This document shows, piece by piece, positions 1 to 18,672 of a DNA stretch of 64,000 nucleotides (position 1 is its first letter; every line of letters starts with the position of its first letter). The notes beneath the pieces are model-generated. The model had not been told where the DNA came from. It made no database searches and worked only from the letters and a program-made list of their open reading frames with translations. Made by a program: the position numbers and the translations under genes. Origin of the DNA: Microbotryum violaceum (Eukaryota); NCBI GenBank assembly GCA_001244265.2, contig LN717261.1:1317591-1381590 (forward strand), written 5' to 3'.

Positions 1-6230
<6,230 letters not shown>

Positions 6231-6734
6231 GATGGATGACAAAGCTCAGCCCAATTCTCTGAACCTGGAATAATACACTGGCTTCCTTCACTTGTCTGTT
6301 TCATCCACTGCCAGAGGCAAGAGTGTTACAGAGAAGTTCTAGATATCCGAGTGGTGGTATTGCGGTGGTAACAACCCAGACCCGGTAGTAACTACGCTGC
6401 ACGTACAGAAGAAACCCGGAGGCCGGGGGAATAACCATCCAGGCAGATATTACCCATGTCAAAGTTAATACCCGGCTGGGGGTATTACCGCGCGCCTGGT
6501 TATTACCCCTCAACTGGGTAATACCCAGCTGGGGGTATTACCGCGCCCCCGGGTATTCCCCGTCGGCTGGGTATTACCCGCGGAGATGGGTAATACCCGT
6601 CAGAGAGTTAATGCCCGACGTGGGGTTAATACCGCGCGCCTGGGTATTACCCGTCAGCTGGGTATTACCCAGGCGCGCTCGGGACAATACCCAGGTGAGA
6701 CCTGGGTATTACCGGAATTAACCGACCCTCAGTG
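6231..6734. mobile_element. Terminus of a CACTA/CMC-type element with subterminal GGGTATTACCC/GGGTAATACCC repeat array
   Basis: Ends in CTCAGTG (reverse complement CACTGAG) at 6728-6734. Many GGGTA(T/A)TACCC motifs at 6440-6715; the same motif and end occur at 49225-49390. Confidence 0.7.
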
Positions 6735-6796
6735 AGGACAACGGCAGGAAACGACGCATCGCGCAAATCGGTGAACGGAGCTGGCACGACACATAC

Positions 6797-7491
6797 CGGT
6801 CAGTCCGTCGTACAGGACCACCTCGCAAGCATACACGTGCTGACAGTGGCATGGTGAAGGAACGTCCAAGTTGTCCTTGTCGCTGTTCGAAACGAGCGGC
6901 AATACTGCCAATTGGTGCTTATGCGTAAATCAAGATAGAGACCCAAAGGGCAGCGCGCTGACTCTCGCGCTGCTCGTGCTCGAGTGTGATAAACTTGAAG
7001 TAACCTTCTTGCTTAGCGGCAACCGGCGGATCGGAGACGCGGGGAGTTGGTAAAATCTTCCGTGCGAGTTCCTGGTGAGTTGAGCGTTGTAAGTCGGGGT
7101 CGGGTGGGATCCAGTGCTCCATGGAAAGATCCATTCCCCCTAGGTCTTCGTACTCGGCCTGCTGCGCAAGAGGGAAGTCTCTGAGATAATCCTCGCTAAA
7201 ATCATTGTGTGAGAAGTTCAGGTCATTGGCGAAGACTGAGCTCGAGGCGACAGGGACGCATTGGTTCGTGCTCGTTTCGACGTTTGACGTTGCAGATGTG
7301 GTGGGAGTGGCATCCATATCTGTCTTGGCCTTCCTCGGCCTCTTACGTCCTCCTTTATCGACGATCGTACCTCCGAAAGTGACAAGGCACAGCGACATGG
7401 TGGCGTATTGATTCGGGCAATCGGGATGGTCGAGGTAGTCCGAAGGCTTGATCCGCGGAAAGCGTGGTTTGAGTCGCGAGGGGCGGCCCAT
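6797..7491 (-). pseudogene. N-terminal half of a CxC1-type KDZ transposase gene
   Basis: MGRPSRLKPRF...QRAALW, then after a frameshift PCHCQHVYACEVVLYDGLT-G|GTATGT donor. Lies just inside the 268-bp terminal repeat. Confidence 0.65.
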
Positions 7492-7728
7492 GGTGACTGA
7501 GCGGAATGAATACGAGAACACAAGTGTAGTAGCTCAGCAGAAACGAGCTCCGGGTGGGACAAGTCTGCGACGATCGCGGTAGTACGTCTGCAGGAAGCAG
7601 CGGCCGCCTGCATGCACGCGCGACAGATTTCTTACGTGCCACTTTGACGTATTCCTCATCTCACAACGCGTCAAGCACGTGACTGGACACCCGCCCATGA
7701 GCATGAGTCCCGGCCTCAGGCGCTCAGA

Positions 7729-7996
7729 GTCTAAACATTTAGAAAATTACGCGCGGTTACTGATTCAACTCCGAACCAATCTTTGCTTCTTGTTATCTGC
7801 TGGAACTATTCATGTCGTCATATGATCAAGGTAGTGGTCTAAACGGACTTGGAAGAGGTAGACGGGCCTGTCCCGGCGCCGAGTTGCTCCCGTTGGTAGC
7901 GGTGTGCCACCGGGCCCAGTTCGCCTGTTTGCATAGGTTTTTCCGGCCGCGCGGCGGCGCTACTAAGACTGGTTACTTTTTAACCTGCCTGAGGTG
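7729..7996. repeat. 268-bp terminal repeat of the KDZ element (left TIR, now flipped)
   Basis: Closely matches 57450-57717. Flanked by GGGAAGTT, the reverse complement of AACTTCCC that flanks the other copy. Confidence 0.85.
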
Positions 7997-8208
7997 GGGA
8001 AGTTGGCATTGGCCCACGGGAAGTTAGCAGAAGTCACATGTCGCCCGCGGCGCGACAATCACATCGAGGTCTTTCTCAGGCCCCGACCTGTCCTGATCTA
8101 TGCCCAACGTCCGCACTTCTTCGGCCTTCGAGCCAACACAACATATTTTGCCACGTCACCGCAAGACTCGCCATCAATTGTTGATCCCATCCGATGCCGT
8201 TCAGCAAC

Positions 8209-9459
8209 ATCAGCAAAATGGGCAAGCGCGCTTAAGCTCGACGACGTTTTGTTAAGCGTCCTTATCGCTTTTCGGCTTTTGCTGCAAGAGTTTGACGCTG
8301 AGGACTTTAGCGCGCGCGACTTCAACACCCGCAGCCGTAAGCCGTGCCCGCACGCAGGCCTCTCGCTGTAAGCCGTGCCCGCACGCAGGCCTCCCGCAGT
8401 AAGCCGTGCTCGCACGCCTGCCTCGAGCATAAGCCTTGGCCCGTAAGCCGCACCCGCGCAGGAATCTCCCCAAGCACGCTCCCGCCGCACTGGGTCAGTT
8501 CCGCACTGCCTGCTGTTGCCGTACCAGTATTCGCTGCGTACCTTTGCCACCTCCTGCCAAGGTTGGTTGCCGTCCTAGATCTCTTCCTGCCCTCACGCCT
8601 TCTGGCTGACAGGTTCCGAGCATCTCACAGGACCTCCCCAGCGATACAAACACGCAACTGCCTCCCAGTCTTCTGCCCTGCCAGACTACGACGGACAGCT
8701 GCCCACTGCGTACGCCTCTTCTTCTCAACCTTCCTTGTTGGATTGTTGACTGACTGTTCATACCCTGTATGCAGCCGTTTCTGCCCTACACCTGCCAGTG
8801 TAGCCGCACCTTATTTTCCTGAGTACCGAGTCACGCTCCCGGAGCTAAGGTACATCACTCCCCCGCATCAGGCTCTACCTTTTGGTACTCCTGCTCACAA
8901 CTGTCCTTGTTGGGCATGTTGGCTTACTTGGCTACCTTCCGCTACAGACTACACTTGCCACCCAACGTGCCAGCGTTCAGGGTCGGTTCCCTCCTTTCAA
9001 GTGTGTCACGCTGTCCAAGCAAAGGTATGCCAAGCCTCCCAGTCTTTGCAGTATTTATGAGTACTAATAGGATCCACGCTTTCCAAGCAAAGTGTCCTGT
9101 TTTTGAGCTCCTCCCGCCCACCCTTCTAAAAAAATAAAATAAAATAAAAAAGTCCTTGCTGGTATCTTTTCTTTCCTTTTTATTATCTCTCTTCTGATCT
9201 CTGGGTCTCTCGTCTTGTGGGGACTTTCTTTCAACCCATTCCGTTTGTTACGGGATGCCGGGTTTCATGCCTGATACTGCAACTCGACTCAAATCCCGCT
9301 ACCTAGCCGCGCTTCTACGAAAGAGTCGAAGCGCGCTTAAGCGCCTCTAAGCGGTGCGCGCCCTTAAGCCGCTGCGTAAGCTCGCGTTAAGCGGGACGAC
9401 GCCGTTAACCCCACTGCGAATCCTTAAGCGAGGGTCTCGCGCGTGCCCATTTTGCTGAT
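8209..9459. mobile_element. Non-autonomous TIR element (ATCAGCAAAATGG family), 1251 bp
   Basis: Ends are ATCAGCAAAATGGGCA...TGCCCATTTTGCTGAT, with subterminal (C/G)TTAAGC repeats. Same ends as 24820-25158. Confidence 0.8.
8330..8465. repeat. Degenerate tandem repeat of about 31 bp (GTAAGCCGTGCCCGCACGCAGGCCTC...)
   Basis: About four units visible inside the TIR element. Confidence 0.8.
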
Positions 9460-10886
9460 TTGAAAGTCGATCGAAACGATTTGGCGCGAACAGCACGCCT
9501 GGGCGAGACACTAAACTAGCACACTTTATACTTTACGTCGACAAAGACACGGCGTTGGGCTGTAATTCAATGCTCATCAACCTACATGAGCCATCGATCG
9601 AGCAAGACCGCCATTAATCTAGCATCACGAGCGCACCGACGTCAGGCTCCGAAGAACTATTCAGAGTCATACGTCGCTTTCTGCCTTGTAAGTCGGTCGA
9701 AGAATGCAAAGACTTTGGATTGGTCACGCCGAACGCCAAAGATTGAAGTGTTGGGGTGTGGTTCGTGATCTGGGCGAGATTCAGTGAGCTCGCTCAGAGC
9801 CTCGACCATGATCGCTTCTGGCCATGGTATGAAAAGTGTGCAGTGCACACGGCCTCGGTCCCAACAAATCAAGTAGCAGGACCTACCGAAGCTTGCTTCT
9901 GTGGGGTAATGATTCAACTGATTTGTTTTTCTTGTTGAAAATCACCGGAGGCTCGTGTGCAACACAGGCTAGGTGACCTAAGCGATGCGGCAGCAGCGGA
10001 GGACTCGACGCAACGGAGAAAGCCGGCGGGCATCTGCGACAGGGGTCTTCAGTCTCGGTGCCGAATATAGGCCACAAGACTAGCTGAAAATTATGTATCT
10101 CATCTCTCTTTATTCGCTCGGTGGCTCGAATCTAGCAATCTTCGCTGGCTGCTACAAATAATGCGCCATGTTTGAGGGCTGGAGCATTAGAAGCGATCAT
10201 CGACGAGTCGCAGTTCACGGGTTTTGAGCATTTCGCAAATAATTAAGCCTGCTCAACGCGGACCATCGCTTCTATTGCTATAGCCTATAAGGATGACGCA
10301 TCATCTTGGCATCCAGCGGAGATTCTCCCGCTTTAGCTTCTGCATAATGCGGCGTGACTTGTGCACTGCAGTGCGCATAACTTATTTCATTTAAACCATC
10401 CGAGCTATTAATAGTCTCGGTTCTCGCACCGCTATCGGCTCCACCTCGGCGGGATGTTCGCCCGTCGAGTCATCGGCATCGGTGTGAGATCGAGACTGAG
10501 TTAGTAGTATTACCTGTCGCAGTTCTCACCAGGCATAGCTATTTAAATAAAGCACAATGTCGTAGGGAGGTAATCGACGATTATGGTCAGTCGCTCGGGG
10601 TCATTCAAACGCCGCAAGCGCTCAAATGACCGACTACAAGTCTTCAGGCGTCTAGTCGGAGACCCTAGCGGCAACTGAAAATCTTGCAAATACCTCATAC
10701 AGGCAGAACTTAAGGTCATTTCGTCCGCCGTCAGCTCCGGGCGGAGGACCGGCAAGGGGATTGAGACTCGGAAAAAGCATAGCCGAGCGATGGCTTTAGC
10801 GCATGATCGGAATGAAGCTGCGATGCGAATTACATTCGATACAAAACGGAGAATTACAAGATAGAAGGGTGGGCAGGGTAGGAGCA

Positions 10887-11908
10887 TCAGGCCATGAGAT
10901 CGAAATCGTCCAGCTCGTCCTGTCAAAGAGTGAATCGCGCAGGGTCAGACAAGACGAAAAGGGAAGGATGAAAAGCAGGCCAGCGGAACTGCTGGCGAGA
11001 CTGACGTTGTATTTCTGGATATGTCGCTTGAGCTTGGATGTATCGACCCAAGTGACAAAGTCCTCCATGTTGCGAGTGACGAGGAACGCCGGATCAGTGA
11101 TCGGGTCTGGCCCTACTCGGACGTGGCCTTGCTCGATGTAGGTCACGGCCTGGACAGCGTCGCAGACGAGGAAAGTCAGCAGATAAGTCAGCAGATACGA
11201 AAAGAAAAACCCACTGACCAGCTTGACGGTCTCGGCCATTTTGAGCCTGACCAAGACAACGGCCAATCGCCTGCGACACAAAGCTCCGACGGTGACTTTG
11301 CCCTCCTTCTTGCCCTGGCCGTCGACCTCCTTGACCTTGCCATCGAAGCCCTTGACGACGGGTGCGTCCGATCCTTCGATGTCGGACATCTTGGCGCCTC
11401 GGTCGAGTATGCCCATGTCGTACAGCTTGGAGAGAAGCAAGTCCTCGTACTTGGCTCGGAACGGATCCGCGGGCGGCAGGCGGGAGAGCAGATAGGAGAG
11501 ACGACAAACTTGGCCGCAGATCTTGTTGTAGCAATGATAATCATCACTTTTGAGAGATCGTTGGGATTGGCGATCAGATTATAGGGCCCAAGACGGATGA
11601 GAAGAGGGCATGCACTGCACGACTGGGAAGCAGCGACACTGACCGGTTCTGCACGTGATAGCGCCTCATCACTTTGACTTCTCGCATGCCCGCATCCGAC
11701 TTCCACGACAGGAAGTCGACCTATGGTGATGCATGCCGCCCACCGGTAGAGGTAGGTTCGGAGAGAAGGTGATCGAGGGAAGGTGGAGTAGGCGAGGCAA
11801 CAGGAGGCGAGTCAGCCTCGAGTTTGACAGCGGTGCTACAGCGCATGATTTTGATTAGTGACATACCTTCTTGAGGAGTTTGGCCTCATGATGCTTGAGT
11901 TGACGCAT
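10887..11908 (-). CDS. IMP3: U3 small nucleolar ribonucleoprotein Imp3 (5 exons, 207 aa)
   Basis: Exons 11908-11867, 11720-11644, 11546-11219, 11149-11006 and 10919-10887 splice in frame (624 nt). Protein reads [21 protein letters not shown]...[54 protein letters not shown]. Confidence 0.95.
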
Positions 11909-12557
11909 GGTGGGCCGGCGACGGTGGTGATGAACGTAGAACAAACGAGCAGACGAGCCAGTCGGAGCCGTGCTGGCGATCGCCGCGGCTGCGAAGCAGT
12001 GCGAAGCGACAGCGCGCGTCATCCCGCGCCGCCGAATCACGTGACTTCTTCTTGTTCGGCGCCGCACGGTCATCAGTGCAGTGCCCGCGCCCCGGCGAAG
12101 ACATTTGAATGCAGCCAAGTTGCAATGGTAGAATAAGAACCCGGGAGCGAAAGCGTGCTGGCGAACCCGTGGAATTTTTGATTCATATTGGATTGCTAAA
12201 TCAGGATAGACTGCACCAACTCAAGGAACGCCGGATAATCGATTATTTCACACTAGGTCGTATCAAGCTTGTAGCAAAATTTGGCCATTTGGGGGATCGG
12301 AGGCTTGTACTCAGCCTCATCACGTGCCAAGTCGATCTCGGCAGCAACAGTACACCAGCACCACAGTGTGTCGCCTATTACACCTACCCCAGAAAGACAG
12401 GATTTCCAACAGCTCCTACACCCAGCAAACATCGCACAGTCATCTTACACCTGCATCGACTTCCGCTCGCGCGCTTCACTCAACATCTTCCGCGTCCACT
12501 CACAAGCTCCGGCGGACCACCTGCCTTCCCTCTCCGACATTTGCGCCAGTACGAACC

Positions 12558-15207
12558 ATGTACTCAGCACTGGATATTCAGGGCATGAAGCGGGCCGAGC
12601 TGCAGGCTCTATGCAAGGTGGGTCGCCTAGCATTTTCCTATGCCCATCTCGGCCGAGCTGACTGACCGGCAGTGACCTCATCGCGCGAATCGGACGACTT
12701 TAGACGAACAAGCTCAAAGCGAATGGCAAAACGGAGATATTGGTGAAGATGCTACTCGATCACTTCAGTCTGTAAGCTACCGGCATGTAGTCGCTCCTTG
12801 TAAGCCTTGTGCCGAGCTGACTGGACAACGTCTTTGGTGGCTCGCCTCAGAGCATCTTCCAGTGCGCTTGAAACAGCACCTTTGACTGCAAGAACAGCGG
12901 TCAGGAAACCGCTGCACGCTCCAGGATCCAGAAAAACCAAAGCGCCAAACACAATCAAGAAGAAACCCATACCGGTTGCTTCCACATTCCTGCCCACGCC
13001 TCAGCGGCCTTCCGGAGGCGCCGACGACGACAATGACAACGAGATGCGACTCCAAACCCCGGTCGCGATCCGAGCGAAAAAAGTGTCGGCGCACAACTCC
13101 TTGTTGAAACGCGCACTCGAGTCATCGTTCACTCCGGCTCTAGCCACGAGGCCTAGAGCCGCCATTCAGGCTCAGGGTGGGTCAGAAACTGCGCTCGACC
13201 CTGCCCGAGCACTGAGGACTGCACACTGACGCTTTGCATCCTATGCCAACAGCTTCATTTTCCACTTCACCAGCAACGAAGAGAATCATCAAAGTTTTGC
13301 TCGCCACAGTTGACACTCTTAAAGCCGAACTCGCGACGACTCGATCTTCGTTAACTCAGCTCGAATCCACCACCAACATCGTCTCAGCACCTTCGACACC
13401 TCCTCTGAAACGGGCGGAAGTGCTTGCCCTCGTGAATGAGCGTATCGTACAGCATCGTGCTCAAGTCAATTCTTCGGTTGAACAACGATTCGTCTCTGTG
13501 AGCGCTCACCTTGCCGAGTTGAGCAAGGCGGTCGAGCTGGCCACCACTCGGGAAGAGCGGGAGTCCATCATCCAACTACGAGATACACTGGACGAGGAGC
13601 TGGAGGGTGCTTTCGAAACACTGCGGTCGAATTTGACGGGTCAAGTCGGGGGGACGACTGCGCCGATGTCTTCAATCTCTCCCGCGCGTGCGTCTTCGGC
13701 ACCGGTTCAGGGTCCCGCATTCGCTTCGCCTACCCTATTGAACTCCTTTCCCCCTTCATCACCAGCACCGTTGATGACTCCGGATATACCCTCTGCGGCA
13801 TCAGAAAGAGCTCCCGCTTCGGCTCCCGTAAGCCCCGCGGTCCTCGGCCTCGCATCCACCCCTGCTCCGAACCCGGCCAGTCCGGCCATGTCAGACGGTG
13901 CTCCCCCTACGACAACTCTGGCTTCCTTTTTGAGCCCCATTGCATCTCCTCGAAGGACTCCCCAAACTCGAAACTCGCATAAGCCAAGCCCCTTAGATAT
14001 CGCCCCGACCACCGTGATCGCCGAAGGGATCGAGCCCGCGCTTGCTTTATCGCTCCACATGCTCTCCCACGTCTCGCCGTCCAAGAACAAATCCATCTCG
14101 CCTCGTCGAGGAGCATCCTCACCTCAGGCGTCTCCCCGGAGGTCCCTCGCTTCGGCATCGACACCTGCGACAGCGATGGTTGTCGCTATGAGTCCTGCAC
14201 GCTCGATCGTTAGGTCCATCGGCAAGCGGCCAAGGCGGGAGCATGATATTGGCGACGTTTTTGTCGATGGCATGGAAGTTCCGGGACGGGCGACCCCTTC
14301 CAGGGCTATGGGAGATATTGGAGCGAGGGAAATCAAGGGCTTGAGTGGTGGACGCGCAAGAAAGAGAATGCGGATCAGCCCCGGTGCCGAGAGCCAAGTG
14401 GAACAAGCGCCGCAAGCCGCCGCAGAGTATGCATCCGAGTCAGAGGAGGATGAGGAGAAGGTGGTGCAAGTGATCCTTACTTCTGACCCTGGAACGTTCG
14501 GTGATGAGGAACTGCTCATTGAAGAGGAGGGCGAGGAGGCTGTCCACCAGGCCGAAGAGACGACTCCACCCGCACTGTTGGATACCCCACGAGAATTTTT
14601 CATCTCGACCAAATCAGGTGATGACTCGTTCGTACAGCCTGTGACACCGTCGTCATCGCGCAACCCCTTTAGGCTCGATGGTGCTCCGTCTCTCTTCGTT
14701 TCGCCGTTGACATCCCGACAAATTCCTCTTGGCCAATCGCCAGCAACGAAGATGGCCTCGCCCTTCTGCGTCAAATCACCTGCTCGATCGCACATTGCAC
14801 GGTCTCTGCATGAAACGCCTCGATGCACTCCCATCATGACCTCGGCAGCTCGCATCTTTGCCGATCCTTCGAATCGGTGCGTTTCGTCGATCGCTGTCCC
14901 TCCGACGCCGTTGGCGAGCAAAACGCTTTATGGAACCGAGCGGATCGAGAATGAAGAGGAGAGGAGATTTGGAGACGTCGTTGTCAGTCCGGGAGGTGGG
15001 ATGTCTTCCCCCATTATTATGGTCAATCCCTTTGGGAATGGAAGGGGTGCGCAGGGCAAAACGTTCGAATGGACCGGGTTGAGGTCGCCAAACAGGACGT
15101 CGACAAGGGAGTTGCCCGACTCCTTTTCCGGGAGGCCTGCCAACACGACTGCGGTGATGTTCTTGTTGTCGATCCATGACTCCATATCGATTGCGCCAAC
15201 CGAGTGA
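12558..15207 (+). CDS. Hypothetical protein: N-terminal SAP/HeH-like motif, coiled coil and long Ser/Pro-rich region; 3' end probably altered
   Basis: MKRAELQALCK|TNKLKANGKTEILVKML spans an intron. Three GT-AG introns, then a long exon within ORF 13234..15207. Divergent from IMP3. Confidence 0.65.
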
Positions 15208-17931
15208 ATGACAACAATGACGTTCGAACACACACTGGCGACCTTGGAGATAAGCTGATTGCCGTTCTGCCACAACTCGAGGTTGTTACGATCGCCTTGA
15301 TTACTATCGACAGTGAGGTAAACTTCTCCCGAGTCCGAAGCAACAAAGACAAGGTACCTGTCCACCGATCGTGCGAGAGGCGGGATCGCGTTTGTAGCGT
15401 TGTTGTCGAGCACAGAGGAGATGGAAGGTTTGGGGTTCGTCTGACCGAGCTTGTAGCGAATGGTTGACAGGGGATTGACAAGATACGGGAAATTCACAGT
15501 TCCTGCGGGCCGGCGGTGGGAAGGATAAAGACTTTGTCAGAGATTATGATCACCAAAGACTCGCTGTAGCTAAACAAAGCACTCACCACTGCCCCAACCC
15601 ATAGCAAATGTGCCATCAAGTCCGCTGCGGTCCGGAAATTCATTAGGGCCATTCTTGGCAGGTCCAGCGCTGAGGCGAAGCGCGAAGAGGTCCGTCAGTA
15701 GGCGAGCCCTCGAGACAAGCATCGCGCACAGCTAGCACTCACTTGGCACCAAAGATGCCTACGCTTTTGAGATGGCTAGCCTTGAGCGGCAGGGCGTTGG
15801 CAATATTCTTGAGCAAGATGTTCGAGGCAGCACCGATCTCTCGGACGAGCTTGTTGTGGTCCGACGAGACGTTGACATGCGAGTTGATGAGACAACAATT
15901 ACTATCGTAGGTGTCCAAGGTGCTGCAAATTGGACAAAACACTCAGAGGGAGGAAGGTTACTAGCCGTTCAGTAAATCAGGCTCACAATGCGGAAAAATT
16001 GATGTCCGGGTAGTCCTTCGAGTCCTGTCCCAACTGGTAGTAAGCGGCCATGGCTGCGCAGGGAACAAAACCGGGAGAGGGCGTAAGTACAGCTTGTTGA
16101 CGGTCCTCCCTTGATTCAATAAACGCAGGGTTTGTGAAAATACTTCGAGTGACGGCGTCCTTGACTCGAGCGAGGGGTAGGGATCCGTTGTTGACGGCTT
16201 GACGAGCTCGGCACCCCAGTAGCTAGTGTTCAATTTGGCGGGATTCTGCTGGTTGTCCAGCCCCTCGGTGTAGGATCGGAAGGCTGCAGAAGAAATAGGT
16301 CTTCAGTAGGTATAAGAAGCTTTTGTTACCCGCGGAAGGATATCTACGGACTTGGCATCAACATGTCCAGACACGCAAGCGCACTGCTGACGCCGCTTGT
16401 CTGTGCAGCCCAATCCGAGACGACAAAGCAATGGAACACCAGGTCTTGCTTGGCGAGCTTGTTCATCAGGTACGAGTTTTCGCAAGCGTGCATCTGATTG
16501 ATACGGTTATACGAGCACATGATCGATCCTACACCGGCCCGGATTGATTCGGAGAAAGGGTGATTCTGAGGGCACATCGATGAATCAGAAAAGGACACCG
16601 GTCAGCTTTGACTATTTGAAGCGCTCGAGAGACTTGCAGTGAGGCAGACTCATGTATACTTCGTGCATGACTCGATCATCGATAGTGCTAGATGAGGTAA
16701 TAGCCCCCAATCCTCCTCGGTAGTGCTCTTGCTCGTTGGCAATATAATGCTTTGCACACGCGATCACACCGGTGCTCTGGATGCCCTTGATTGTCATCGC
16801 GGCACCGAATCCGGCCAGGTAGGGATCGCCACCGAAGTCTTCCCAGTTGCGACCAGCCTCGGGGGCACGTGCAAGGTTCATCATAGGGGAGAGTGCGAAG
16901 TTGACCCCCTGCGATAAGAAAGCGGGTGCAAAGTTCCAAGTATCAGCACCATCCGCACTTGCCGCCGATGGAGAGGGAGGGATCTAGAAAAGTGGGTGGA
17001 CACTCACTTTCCCTCGGAATTCACTTCCCATCGCCGCTCCTCGCTTATACATCAAATCTTTATCTGCGAAGCCCAAACAGCTGGACGTCAGTCTCGGGCA
17101 CTATCATGGTGGGTTAAAATCGTAACACGGCTCACCCCAAGTCGCAGCAACGTTGATGCTAAAGTAAGAGGGGATGCGACCCTGTCAGTCGCACGATCAC
17201 ATTCGAACACACTAGGGTTAGTGAGACATTGTGCCAACTCACGCGGCAGGGAATGCTGACACGCCCTCGGTGGCTCAAACGTCGAGCGGCGAATCTTGAA
17301 AGCAAATTCTGCGTGTGCCGACCGTGCAGCCTTTGTCAACCAAGTGCTCCGAGCTTCTTCCTTTGAGCAATGAAGCCATTTCACCCCATAAAGTTGAGTC
17401 GAGTGACATTGCCGGTCCGGCCAATACAGCGCCCGTGAGAGCCCTGGCCGGTCGTAAGGTTGACGAGCTCTTCGAGTTTAACTGGTTAACAAAGGTGCGA
17501 GCTTTGCGGATCGCTGAGCTCCACTCTGCCAAAGGCTGGGCGTCGATTTCGGTGTAGGGACATCTGCATGAGAAACGACTTGTTGTCAGTTTTCAGCTAG
17601 AATCCCGACAAATTACCCTCGACGCTCAAACGCTCGGACCCACATATTTGCGAAATGCTGGAATGCGAGAGGCGCGTAGTCGCACGAGTCGTCAATTGCG
17701 GAACCCGAGCACGAGCCGACGAACCTACACGCCGGACGTACTATTGACCATAGCCAGCGGGGGCTGCCTCAGGTTTGCGGTTCTGTACGGATCTCCTGAC
17801 GAGCCGGCGGGTCTCGAAGCGAGAGGCAGAGGACGAGTGGTCACCGCAATCATTACCGACAGCAATGGGAGACGCGCGGCCAGTGGAGTGCATGTGATCG
17901 CAAGGAGACCAAACACCACGGAGGCTCTCAT
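15075..17931 (-). pseudogene. Glycoside hydrolase family 3 beta-glucosidase pseudogene, 3'-truncated
   Basis: Signal-peptide-like start, QDSPL, GRNWEDFGGDPYL, ACAKHYIANEQEH, IMCSYNRIN, VVSDW, LLKN and GNSLVDVLFGDLNP motifs. Frameshift near 17475 and in-frame TGA near 17276; similarity stops at about 15075. Confidence 0.92.
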
Positions 17932-18252
17932 GATTGCGGAATCAGAATCGGAGTTGTAGGTGGTGTGGACGTGGTGTAGGGGAAGCAGGAAGCAAAAGGG
18001 GATCAAGACCGGGCCATTACTTAATCCATCAACCAGAGAAACCAATGCTGTAACCGAAACAGGGTGGGTACCTAGGTCCGGATGCCGCCAGGGCTAAAGG
18101 CGAATACACAAAGTGTACCCTTTTTAGTTGCTCTAGCGCGATCCATAGCGCGCCGCGGAGTTTTTGGTTAGCTCGGGGCCTCCACACAACCTCCCCGCCC
18201 CCGCATACGGCCCCCGCGCAAGCCCTGCAACTTTGGGCCCGTACCCATGTCG

Positions 18253-18398
18253 GGGGGTGGGGGAGAGGAAAAGAAAAAAGGGAAAAAAAGAGGGGGAGGA
18301 AAAAAAGAAAAAAAAAAGGGGGGGAGAGGGAAAGAAAAAAAAGGAAAAGGGGGAAAGGAGAAGAGGGAGGGGGAGGTGAAAAAAGAGAAAGAGAGGAA
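18253..18398. repeat. Almost pure purine (A/G homopolymer) tract
   Basis: About 145 bp of alternating A and G runs. Confidence 0.9.
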
Positions 18399-18672
18399 GT
18401 GGTACGGAACAAGTCATTTTGACAACATACATCATATTACAGGTATTATGAAGCTACAAAGTTGTGACATTTCTTTTGATGCCGTGCTCGGCCATTCATT
18501 TCGCCCTTGTCAGTCCTCTACAGAACCTTCGTGATTGTGGGTCGTTCGGATCCATCTTGTCTGTCAGCCCGAAAGGCTTTCCGCAGTCCAAGCACGCCCC
18601 TTCACACCCAGTCACCGATCCGTCATTGCTTAGTTTTGACCCCTTGAGTCGACAAGTAGTTTGACCACAGAA

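Noticed and set aside
6440-6720. Palindromic repeat arrays (also 8330-8465, 20578-20712, 49225-49370) as CRISPR-like arrays
   Set aside because: Irregular spacing, mixed orientation, no unique spacers or cas genes, and a eukaryotic context. They are better explained as transposon subterminal repeats.
7729-7996. 268-bp direct repeat as a Helitron or LTR pair
   Set aside because: No TG..CA ends, and homology runs past the hairpin/CTAA. The flipped 8-bp TSD and the adjacent transposase fit KDZ TIRs.
9460-10540. Short ORFs between the TIR element and IMP3
   Set aside because: No recognisable motifs or consistent exon chain.
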